This document shows, piece after piece, positions 1 to 8,556 of a DNA stretch of 64,000 nt. The notes beneath the pieces are model-generated. The model was not told the DNA's origin. It saw only the letters and a program-made list of their open reading frames with translations, and ran no database searches. The translations under genes were made by a program, and so were the position numbers. Position 1 is the first letter of the stretch, and every line of letters starts with the position of its first letter. The stretch is from Candidatus Latescibacterota bacterium (lineage in GTDB: Bacteria > Latescibacterota > UBA2968 > GCA-2709665), in NCBI GenBank assembly GCA_965226795.1, contig CBDDDZ010000005.1:512001-576000 (forward strand). Reading direction: 5' to 3'.

Positions 1-397
1 CTCGTGCGTTGAGGAACTGTGCCCAGTAGGGCTGCGTGCGGTCGTGCCGGGGAGCGCCGATGCGGATCATGGGCGGATTGTCCGGGTTCAGCGTGGCGGC
101 GCCGCGGAACAGTTTTTCCACGACGTCGGTATCTTCCAACGTGACGTTGGGGGCCAGGGCGATCACCTGTATACCGGTACGTCTTTCGGCGGCCCGGATC
201 GCTTTGGCCTTGTGAATAATGTTGTCCGGGTTGATGCCGGAAAGGTGACGGCCCCAGAATGAGGGATCCTCGTCATCGTCTCCAGGGTTGTAGCGGCAGC
301 GAAGTTCGATGCCGTCGTACCCATGTTCAGCCAGTTTGTCGAATGTAAGGTCCAGGTCCCAGCGTGGTAACATAACGGACGTGCAGGAGAGTTTCAT
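1..397 (-). CDS. Sugar phosphate isomerase/epimerase (xylose-isomerase-like TIM barrel), runs off window edge
   Basis: Hand translation from ATG at 397: MKLSCTSVMLPRWDLDLTFDKLAEHGYDGIELR..., open to position 1; GYDGIEL motif; GGAGG RBS upstream. Confidence 0.75.
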   Translation of the reverse strand, partial: MKLSCTSVMLPRWDLDLTFDKLAEHGYDGIELRCRYNPGDDDEDPSFWGRHLSGINPDNIIHKAKAIRAAERRTGIQVIALAPNVTLEDTDVVEKLFRGAATLNPDNPPMIRIGAPRHDRTQPYWAQFLNAR

Positions 398-413
398 TGT
401 GCCTCCGGCTTAG

Positions 414-573
414 CAGCCCGTTGAAAAAGTCCATCCGGTCTGCGGCTGGCTCTTGTGGCCGAATTACTGCGTTGCGCTCCATCTCCGAATCCTCCGATTC
501 GGCTCGGTCGCGCGCCTTGTCTTCGGTCACAATGGCTCGGCCTCGCCTGCAGAGCAACTTTTTCAACGGACTG
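414..573. mobile_element. MITE family A, copy 1 (160 bp)
   Basis: 17-bp TIRs CAGCCCGTTGAAAAAGT / ACTTTTTCAACGGACTG; TTAG direct repeats at 410-413 and 574-577; near-identical copies at 49194 and 36220. Confidence 0.9.
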
Positions 574-584
574 TTAGCGGTGTA

Positions 585-1649
585 TTACGGTATGAATCGG
601 GTCTTCGGGGTGATTGACAGGATGAATTCCGTGAGCAGGGCCACGGTTCGGTCCAGGTCTTTGAGCGAGAGGATTTCCACGGGAGTGTGCATATAACGGA
701 GCGCCACGCTGACAAGCCCGGTTGCCACGCCGGCGCGGGTGAGTTGTATTGCGTTCGCGTCGGTTCCGGTTCCGCCGGAGGCGGCTTCGATCTGATAAGG
801 CACATCGGCTGTTCGCGCCGCGGCCACGAGGCGTTTGAACACGACCGGATTGATGTTGGCGCCGCGAGCGATAACGGGGCCGGCGCCCAGTTTCAGGTCG
901 CCGTCGCGGCGTTTGTCGACGTCGGGATGATCGGTTGCGCAGGCGACGTCCAAGCCGATACCGAGGTGCGGATCTATACCGTAAGCGCTCGTTTTCGCGC
1001 CGCGCAGGCCAATCTCTTCCTGTACGGTGGCGACGGCGAACAGGGCGGCTTCGGACGTTTTCCCGGACTGGGCAACGCAGCGAAGGGTCTCTACGGCGAC
1101 GTAGGCGCCCATTTTGTTGTCGAAAGCGCGGGAGACGGCCAGATCTCCGCGGATGATTTCGAAATTGGGATCGTAGGTGATGGGGTCGCCGATGTCGACG
1201 ATTTTCCCGGCCTCCTTCCGGTCTCCCGCGCCGATGTCGATCCAGAGTTCATGGGCCCGGGGTGTTTTCTTGCGGTCGTCCTCCGTCATCAGATGGACCG
1301 GTTTCTTGCCGAATACGCCCGGTACGGGTCCTGATGACGTATGGATACGGACTTTTCTGCCCGGGATGATGCCGGTATCGAAGCCGCCGATGGTATTGAC
1401 GTAGATATATCCGTTGTCGTCAATATGATTGACCTGAAACCCCAGTTCATCCATATGTCCAGCCAGCATGATTCGCGGGCTGCCGTTGGCGTTGTGTACC
1501 GCAATCGCGTTGCCATGCGCGTCAACGGTGACTTTATCCGCGAATTTCTTCGCTTCCGCCGTCCAGACTTCACGTACGGGTCCTTCGTACCCGGATGGAC
1601 CAGGCGCATTGAGCATGGCTTCGAGAAAAGCACGTGAAGATTTACGCAT
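585..1649 (-). CDS. M42 family metallopeptidase
   Basis: GHMDELG, AFDNKMG, QEEIGLRGA, DV and GGTGTDA motifs, RYMHTPVE. Confidence 0.93.
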   Translation of the reverse strand: MRKSSRAFLEAMLNAPGPSGYEGPVREVWTAEAKKFADKVTVDAHGNAIAVHNANGSPRIMLAGHMDELGFQVNHIDDNGYIYVNTIGGFDTGIIPGRKVRIHTSSGPVPGVFGKKPVHLMTEDDRKKTPRAHELWIDIGAGDRKEAGKIVDIGDPITYDPNFEIIRGDLAVSRAFDNKMGAYVAVETLRCVAQSGKTSEAALFAVATVQEEIGLRGAKTSAYGIDPHLGIGLDVACATDHPDVDKRRDGDLKLGAGPVIARGANINPVVFKRLVAAARTADVPYQIEAASGGTGTDANAIQLTRAGVATGLVSVALRYMHTPVEILSLKDLDRTVALLTEFILSITPKTRFIP

Positions 1650-1659
1650 CGGTCTCCTT

Positions 1660-2688
1660 TCAGAAAACAGCCCGTTTACGGCATTGTTCGATAACGCGAA
1701 TCAATTCGCGGGATTCATGGGTCTTGACATGGGGCTCTGCATTTCGCGCAAATGTCTCGTAGATGTTTGTGTAAAAGTCGAGTTGCGCATCGGGACGGAT
1801 CGGCACGGTCTTTTCTTGCCACGGGAGCCGATCCCGGTTGTCGTAGCTGCGCCCTGGCGCCGCGCCGTCGAAAACTTCCAGTTCCGGTGCCTGATCGGGG
1901 TCGTAATATCGTATTTGGAAGGCATTTCCCGACTGGACGAGGGTTCCGTAACGCCCGCAAATGTGCCATGGTTCAAGGGGCAGGGCAGCCGCGTGGTTGA
2001 TTTCCAGATCAAGGAGCTGATTTCCCTCGGTCTTTAGCCAGACTTTGACCACGTCGTCCGCGTCTCCGCGCGTTGCAACGGCCCAGAGATTGCATCGAAT
2101 ATCGGCAACGGGCGTGGCGTCGGAAAGGTAGAGCAACTGGTCGAGGTAGTGTGCGCCGTAGTTGTTCAGCATGCCGCCGCCGTGTTTGCGCAGGCTCTGC
2201 CAGTCGTTGCGGCGCACGTAACGCGTCAGACACCGGCGGATGAGGTAGACCGGACCAAGAATCCCGATATTGAGGATCCCTTTGAGAATCTGAGTTTCGG
2301 CAGAAAGGCGATGCGGCTGGTAGACGAGAACGCGGCGGCCGTGCCGTTGTGCTTCGTCGACAATACGGTCGGCCGACTTGAGGGTGGTGGTCATCGGTTT
2401 TTCGAGGATAACGTGACAGCCTTCACGGAGTGCTTTTCGGGCATGCCGTTCGTGAAATCTCGTGGGGGTGGCGACAACCAGAACGTCGGGGCGTTTTTTT
2501 CTCCAGAAAGCGCCCATGGTCGTGTAGGTCCGGCAACCGGAAAGAGCGGCTGCCTCCTCGAGACGTTCCGCTAGCGGATCGATTACGGCGACGAGTTGGA
2601 AATCGGGCGCTTCTTTGAGATCGTTGAAGTGCTTGGACCATCCGGCCCGGCCCAGTCCGGCAATTGCGATATTCAGCTTTTTCGCCAT
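1660..2688 (-). CDS. Gfo/Idh/MocA family oxidoreductase
   Basis: GLGRAG Rossmann motif, ILEKP, GGGMLNNYGAHYLDQ. Confidence 0.92.
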   Translation of the reverse strand: MAKKLNIAIAGLGRAGWSKHFNDLKEAPDFQLVAVIDPLAERLEEAAALSGCRTYTTMGAFWRKKRPDVLVVATPTRFHERHARKALREGCHVILEKPMTTTLKSADRIVDEAQRHGRRVLVYQPHRLSAETQILKGILNIGILGPVYLIRRCLTRYVRRNDWQSLRKHGGGMLNNYGAHYLDQLLYLSDATPVADIRCNLWAVATRGDADDVVKVWLKTEGNQLLDLEINHAAALPLEPWHICGRYGTLVQSGNAFQIRYYDPDQAPELEVFDGAAPGRSYDNRDRLPWQEKTVPIRPDAQLDFYTNIYETFARNAEPHVKTHESRELIRVIEQCRKRAVF

Positions 2689-2877
2689 GGGGTGGTATCC
2701 TGATGCATTATGGGAGAAAGTTGACGGCGTTGTCTTCTCTGTCTATATTCCTGCGAACGGTGTAGAAAATAAAGCCTGCAACCCAAATGTCCACTGAAAA
2801 TCTGAGGGGTTTGTGCTGGTTTCGCGGCGTCGCGGGCGGGTGCATTCTACTCGGGATTCATAGGCGGGAGGTCTACG

Positions 2878-3453
2878 GTGGGAACCGGGTCAGAACGGCC
2901 GGGCGCTTCTGAAGGCGTTAAATCAACGACGATGCAGGCGGCCATACTGGGCATGCTCGTTGTGAATATTCCACTGTTGCTGGTCAGCTTCGGAATGGGT
3001 TACGCCTCCCGTTTCGGCTGGATGTCGGTTTCCGTGGGTGCCCATTTGAAGGTGGGGCTTCTGGCCGCGTTTCTGACGGTCCTGACGCAGACGACAACGA
3101 TGTTTTACTTTATGGGAACGGGTTCGGCCGTCAAGGCTGAGGTCCGGGAGCGTGGTCTGGACCCGGAGTTTCTGGCCCGCGCCCGCGCGTTTAAAGGTCG
3201 TTTTTTCTACCTGCTGACATTCGGCATTCTGCTGATCATGGTTGCCGCGATGATCGGCGGCGGCGCGCACGCGGACCTGCTGTGGAGCGGTGGCGAGGCC
3301 GGCCGGTCGTTTTATTCCATCCTGCACGAGGTCCTGGCGATTCTGAGCCTGCTGGTGAATATGATTGCCTTTGTCCTCACCCCGTACTATATCCAAAAGA
3401 ACAATCGTCTGCTGGATGACGTGGGAAGCACTCGGGTCTCGGCTCCGGAGTAG
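2878..3453 (+). CDS. Hypothetical membrane protein (about 4 TM); start may be ATG 2932
   Basis: Four hydrophobic segments; co-oriented with polX. Confidence 0.7.
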   Translation: MGTGSERPGASEGVKSTTMQAAILGMLVVNIPLLLVSFGMGYASRFGWMSVSVGAHLKVGLLAAFLTVLTQTTTMFYFMGTGSAVKAEVRERGLDPEFLARARAFKGRFFYLLTFGILLIMVAAMIGGGAHADLLWSGGEAGRSFYSILHEVLAILSLLVNMIAFVLTPYYIQKNNRLLDDVGSTRVSAPE

Positions 3454-3558
3454 GCCGCCGTGTCCGGACGCAAGAAGGCGCTGCTGAAGACGGAATTGTG
3501 GTGCGGCGGCGAGCCGACGAAACGAATCGTCGCCGACAACCTGATCACGGAGGAGGTT

Positions 3559-5280
3559 ATGGACAACCGGGAGGTCGCCGAAGTCCTGGAGGAGATGGCG
3601 ACATTGATGGAGTTGAACGGCGAGGGTGGATTTCGCATACGGGCGTACACCAATGCGGCCAGGGGTATCGAGTCGCTGCGGGAACCCGTGGCGACGCTGG
3701 CTGCCGAGGGGAAGCTGGATTCGGTCAGAGGAATCGGCAAGAGTCTGGCGGGACGCATTACCGGACTCGTGGAGACCGGGCGTTTGCCGGGTCTGGATGA
3801 ATTGAAGGCGTCCGTTCCGGAGGGGCTGATGGAGATGACGGAAATCCCCGGTCTGGGGGCCAGGAGAGTGCGCGCAATTTACGAAGGACTGGGCATTGTG
3901 GACGTCGATGCGTTATCCAGAGCCTGCGAATCCGGTGAACTGGAAGCGATGAGCGGATTCGGCAGGAAAACTGCCGACCGGATCGCGCACGGAATTCAAT
4001 ATATGCAGAAACACCGGGGACAATATCTTTGCGATAACGCTTGCGAAGAGGCGGAGGGCATTCGGGTCTATCTGGAGGATCAGGCAAGCGTGGACCGGCT
4101 CGCCGTGGTCGGAACGATTCGGCGGCGTACGGAAACGCACAGGGACGTGGATCTGGTGGCGCGCACAACGGATGCGGACGGGCTGGCCGGGGCATTTGTG
4201 CGGTACGGAGAGGTGGCCGAGACTGTGGAATCAGGAGAGATGCGGGTAAGCGTCATGTTGGAGTCGGGCATGCGCGCGAATCTGTGGCTGGTCGAGGAAG
4301 AAGAGGCGTTCCCGACTGCTTTGCATCACGTTACGGGTAGTGAGGCGCATGTTACGCAAGTGCGCGACAGAGCGGCGGAACGGGGCCTGAAGTTGAACGA
4401 GCACGGGCTGTTTGACGGGGATCGTCGAATCCCCTGCGAGGACGAAGCAGCGCTGTTCGAAGCGCTGGGTCTGTCCCAAATCCCGCCGGAACTGCGTGAG
4501 GGTGACGACGAGATCCGACTGGCCGAGGCAGGGGTGCTACCGGGGCTGGTGTCACGCGTGGACCTGCGGGGGACGCTGCACGTACATACCCGGCACAGCG
4601 ACGGCCGGGCGGATGTGATGGAGATGGCGAGTGCGGCGGCCGACCTGGGATACGGATATGTCGGGATATGCGACCACAGCAAGGCGGCGGCCTATGCGAA
4701 CGGCCTGACCGAGGATCGGGTTCGCGCCCAGTGGGATGAAATCGACAGCGTGAACGGGGAATTGGAGGGCATCCGGGTGCTGAAGGGAATCGAGGTTGAC
4801 ATACTGGGTGACGGGCGGCTGGATTTCGAGGATGAATTTCTGGCGCAGTTCGACGTTGTGGTGGCTTCAGTGCATTCCAGATTCGGTATGACGGAGGCCG
4901 AGGCGACCGAGCGGATCGTGCGCGCAGTTCAGAATCCCCACGTGCACATTCTGGGCCATCCCACGGGGCGATTGCTGCTTTCGCGCGAGGGTTATCCGCT
5001 GGATCACCACGCTGTCATCGACGCCGCGGCCGAGGCCAATACGGCCATTGAGCTGAATGCCAATCCGCGACGGTTGGAGCTGGACTGGCGGCATATCGGA
5101 TACGCAAGGGAGAAGGGAGTGAAGATTGCAATCAATACCGATGCCCACAGCGTCGCGGGGTTGGAGCAGATGGAGCACGGTCTGGGCGTAGGCCGAAAGG
5201 GTGGACTGACGCCTGCGGATGTCCTGAACGCGATGACCATGAAGGAATTTCTGGCGTGGTGCGCCATACCTTCACTGTGA
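3559..5280 (+). CDS. polX: DNA polymerase X family / PHP-domain protein
   Basis: GGAGG-ATG at 3559; HhH motifs GIGKS and IPGLGA; GTIRRRTETHRDVD; TGS; PHP motifs HVHTRHSDG, CDHS, GIEVD, GHPTGR, NTDAH. Confidence 0.93.
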   Translation: MDNREVAEVLEEMATLMELNGEGGFRIRAYTNAARGIESLREPVATLAAEGKLDSVRGIGKSLAGRITGLVETGRLPGLDELKASVPEGLMEMTEIPGLGARRVRAIYEGLGIVDVDALSRACESGELEAMSGFGRKTADRIAHGIQYMQKHRGQYLCDNACEEAEGIRVYLEDQASVDRLAVVGTIRRRTETHRDVDLVARTTDADGLAGAFVRYGEVAETVESGEMRVSVMLESGMRANLWLVEEEEAFPTALHHVTGSEAHVTQVRDRAAERGLKLNEHGLFDGDRRIPCEDEAALFEALGLSQIPPELREGDDEIRLAEAGVLPGLVSRVDLRGTLHVHTRHSDGRADVMEMASAAADLGYGYVGICDHSKAAAYANGLTEDRVRAQWDEIDSVNGELEGIRVLKGIEVDILGDGRLDFEDEFLAQFDVVVASVHSRFGMTEAEATERIVRAVQNPHVHILGHPTGRLLLSREGYPLDHHAVIDAAAEANTAIELNANPRRLELDWRHIGYAREKGVKIAINTDAHSVAGLEQMEHGLGVGRKGGLTPADVLNAMTMKEFLAWCAIPSL

Positions 5281-5484
5281 TTCGTATGATTAAGTGATTG
5301 CTGTGATTAAAGGCAAAGGCGATGCGGCGGGAGAGAGTTCGGATGGTGATAGAAGCGATCTGAAGAAGCGGGAAACATGGATGGACAGGATAGGCAGGAT
5401 GAGAAACCGGAAATCTTTTCATCCATGTGAATTAACCGGAGCAGTCCCGTCGTTGGAAGCAGGACACGACGAGAAGGAGGTCGT

Positions 5485-6213
5485 TTGACACGCGAGGAGA
5501 TTTTTGACACGGTCCAATCCCTCTCCGTAGAGAAGGACCTGTACGCCGCCAGTGAGTTCGTATTTGGACTCGCGGATGAGTCCGACGTCGTCGAGATATT
5601 CGGAAATCTCCTGCTCGACTGTTATTGGAAGGCCAGGTCCACGGAGCAGGTGATCCACTTTGCTGACGCAGGCATCCACTTTTGCCTGGCCTAGGCGTGC
5701 ACGGACGACGGCATCGACGACGATTCCGCGAGGGAGCTTAGATTCGCCGCCAAGCGGATGGCCACCAACGCCGCATCCTTCACCTGGATCGGCTGGGAAG
5801 AACCCGGTGTGTCGATCTCGGGCGAGCAGATGCGGCACGGTCTTGACTTTGCCCGGTACAGCGTCAGGCAACTGCATGAACTGAACCCGACCGATGCGCA
5901 ACTGGCGTTTACGTACTGGTTTCTTGGCGCGCATCTGATCGCCGAGGGGTCGTACGCGGAGGCGCTGTCGGTACTCGTGGACGCAAGACAGTACAACAGC
6001 TCGGACGGAGGGAATCCGGATTACGAGACCATGCTCAAAGGTTATATCGGGCTGACGAGAATTCTGTTGGGCGACAACGACGCTGGGGAATCGGAATTCG
6101 CCTCGGCGGTCGGTGCACTGGAATACCGCGAAAGCGAGGATGCCGCGTTCTACGCGAAGCAACTTGTAGGCGTCCGGGCGTTCTTCGAGAAGCGGTTGGC
6201 ATCAGACGGCTAG
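5485..6213 (+). pseudogene. Helical (TPR-like) hypothetical protein interrupted by in-frame TAG at 5692-5694
   Basis: ORFs 5485-5694 and 5758-6213 are in the same frame and the sequence between them is open; AAGGAGG RBS before 5485. Confidence 0.65.
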
Positions 6214-6239
6214 CCCGGGCGTCAACGATCACCTGGCCC

Positions 6240-6420
6240 ATCGGGCTTCCTCGTACGCAATTCTCACACAAAGGCACGAAGACACAAGGGTAAACCCAAA
6301 AACCCTTTAACTGTCGCAATTTGCGACACCTTCCAAATAGCGGCTACGATGGCGGTCGTAGGGATGTATGAAGGGGCGGTTTGGGAACCGCCCTGCGGTC
6401 GTATGATGGATGTGGACTTT
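6240..6420 (+). repeat. Junction repeat R, copy 1, with palindrome TGTCGCAA-T-TTGCGACA and a REP-like half
   Basis: Similar to about 14095-14200, 14980-15090 and 19025-19115. Confidence 0.7.
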
Positions 6421-6920
6421 GATTCGCCTTTCCGAAAACCGAACAGGCACCGAGGTTTGAATTCATACGCGGTTTTTTTGCCCAACTGCAGAAAACCAAT
6501 TGCACGCTATTCTTGGGAATGATATATTCGCTATGAGGGCAAGAAGCAGTCGCCAGCGTCCGGCCTGTTTTTTTGGGAATGGTCGATTCTCAGACGTCTA
6601 ATGATTCTCCAGGAGGATCCAATGTCTGCAGGTAATTTAACTGCCGTGATCAGAAAAGAGGACGACTTGTACGTTGCGGATTGCCCGGCATTGGGAACAG
6701 TCAGCCAGGGCACTTCCCCGAAGGAAGCGTTGGAAAACCTTAGGGAGGCCACAACACTCTATCTTGAAGAAACTGGCACGCGTAACGATGAGACGTAAAC
6801 TCACGAAGCGGGGATTGACCGGGACGAGTTTCGAAGGGTCATATAAGGTATCGAATAACGCTGCACGCGAGGGTTTGTCGGCTAGAGCGACAAACCCGCT
6901 CGTCTATAATAGGAGACGGC
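6370..6920 (+). repeat. Direct repeat of the hicBA locus (copy 1, hicA mostly deleted)
   Basis: 6370-6776 aligns with 14152-14558; about 6797-6920 aligns with the hicA 3' end and downstream hairpin at about 14762-14885. Confidence 0.9.
6622..6798 (+). CDS. hicB: HicB family antitoxin (short), orphan copy
   Basis: TAVIRKEDDLYVADCPALGTVSQGTSPKEALENLREATTLYLE; GGAGG RBS. Confidence 0.85.
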   Translation: MSAGNLTAVIRKEDDLYVADCPALGTVSQGTSPKEALENLREATTLYLEETGTRNDET

Positions 6921-7031
6921 AATCCCGTGCCATCTTTCAAGGAATGAAATGAGTCATTGCGTGATATAAATTAACCCACCCTCTGTTGGCTACCACATTG
7001 CCGTCGCATACCCTCCAAGAGCAAGTGATAA

Positions 7032-8318
7032 TTGATGGTAATTGACAAGTCCAAAAACTTGCTGACCGCACGAATCTCTAATTGTGTCCCTCGCGCGCAG
7101 TTCGCCGATTTCTTCGGGGGCCTCGTAGATTCGCCTACAGTGCGGCGAATCTACGAGGCCAGGCAGCACGGGCTGCTTACGTCTATCAAAGAGATCATCG
7201 TCCCGCAGCCTGAATTAAACGCGCTGGTCTCCGAACTCGAGGGCTCGCTTGGCGCTTTCAAGTCAGCGGATTCCGATTCGGTCGGCAATGGTCTATACCT
7301 CTTGATGGGTACTTCCGGCTCCCCCAGACTTCCCTCGGTCGAGGACTACGCGAAGATCCTGGTGCTCGCCGCCGCCCGCATCGGTACGGCTCGTGTCGTG
7401 GGGTTGTTCTCCGCTTGGCAACAAGGTGCGCTTGTCCCCTCTCGTTCCTGCGCGCTGTTGAAGGGAATTGAGACGGAACGAGCCCTAGAGCCTGTGAAGG
7501 GGATGCGCCTCGAAACTCTACCGCCCAATCCAGGCTTCCGATCCACATCGATGCGGATCGACGAATACGGCACGCCACGCGACGACGATCTCGACAACCA
7601 CGTAATGCTCACCCTTAAGTACGAAACCATCTGCGGACTCTACGACCCGACGTCCTACCGCGAGAGTTTTCCCCACCATTTGCCGCGTCGGCCTGTGAAT
7701 CCTGAACTGAAGGCACTGACATTTCAACGTTTCTGCAGCGCGATGTCACTCGAAGTAAACGGCTATGTGGATTGGTTCGTACAATGGAACGACTACGCCG
7801 ACGTAGAGGCGTTTTCGCTTCAACCGAACTTCTCAAGCATCACCAGGGACATCCACAGCCGGTCCGCAAAACCGGTTTCGGAGGATCTTGTCGTTGGGTG
7901 CCTAAGAACCGACGCTAATTTAGGCAGGTTTCAGAATGAACTTGCTCTCCCGGTCGCCAGGTGGTTGCGCTCAACACGCTCGCCGTCCGCACACGAACAG
8001 TTGGTAGAACTCCGGATCGCATTGGAATCCCTCTTTCTTCCCAACGACCACGAGGGAGAAAAAAGCTTTCGCCTCGCGGTTCGGGGTGCCCGGTTCCTGA
8101 CCGAAAACCACCAGGAACGAAAAACCTACTTCAAAGCGCTGCGCAGTGTCTACGCGCGCGCCTCTGCAGTTATACACGGAGGGCCACTGAAGGAAAAAAA
8201 GGGACAAGAAATCGCGGGGGAAATAGCGCAGGTCCAGGATATTTGCCGCGACGCGATACTGCGCATTGCCCGAGCTGAAAAGATGCCGGACTGGTCGGAA
8301 GTCGTCTTGGGAGGTTGA
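7032..8318 (+). CDS. HEPN-domain protein (ApeA-like C-terminal HEPN), putative RNase or defence effector
   Basis: C-terminal ELRIALESLF...SFRLAVRGA...VYARASAVIHGG with an Rx5H motif. Confidence 0.7.
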   Translation: MMVIDKSKNLLTARISNCVPRAQFADFFGGLVDSPTVRRIYEARQHGLLTSIKEIIVPQPELNALVSELEGSLGAFKSADSDSVGNGLYLLMGTSGSPRLPSVEDYAKILVLAAARIGTARVVGLFSAWQQGALVPSRSCALLKGIETERALEPVKGMRLETLPPNPGFRSTSMRIDEYGTPRDDDLDNHVMLTLKYETICGLYDPTSYRESFPHHLPRRPVNPELKALTFQRFCSAMSLEVNGYVDWFVQWNDYADVEAFSLQPNFSSITRDIHSRSAKPVSEDLVVGCLRTDANLGRFQNELALPVARWLRSTRSPSAHEQLVELRIALESLFLPNDHEGEKSFRLAVRGARFLTENHQERKTYFKALRSVYARASAVIHGGPLKEKKGQEIAGEIAQVQDICRDAILRIARAEKMPDWSEVVLGG

Positions 8319-8556
8319 TTTCCAAATTCCGTGTGCTTACCTCGATGGCAGGGCGCCGCGGGGTATTGAAGCCACCCACAACATGCTCGTGCGCATCGCC
8401 AAGTTAGGATTGGAGCCACGTCAACCAGTCCGGCGACAAGTGACCCCAAACCTCGTTGTCCGCCTCGTCCTTCATCGGCCATTCGCTCGGCTGTGTATAC
8501 AGGCTCACCTCAAATCGCGTGCATGCGGCCGCAAACTCAACTGGTAAGGTTTTCAC

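Noticed and set aside
327..696. ORFs 327-566 and 397-696, plus similar ORFs at 36227, 36361 and the N-terminal extension to 49346
   Set aside because: They are translations of MITE A or B sequence
5294..5488. Short ORF with GGATGGACAGGATAGGCAGGAT and HPCELTGAV, possibly a GxxExxY-gene leader remnant
   Set aside because: Too short and degenerate to support
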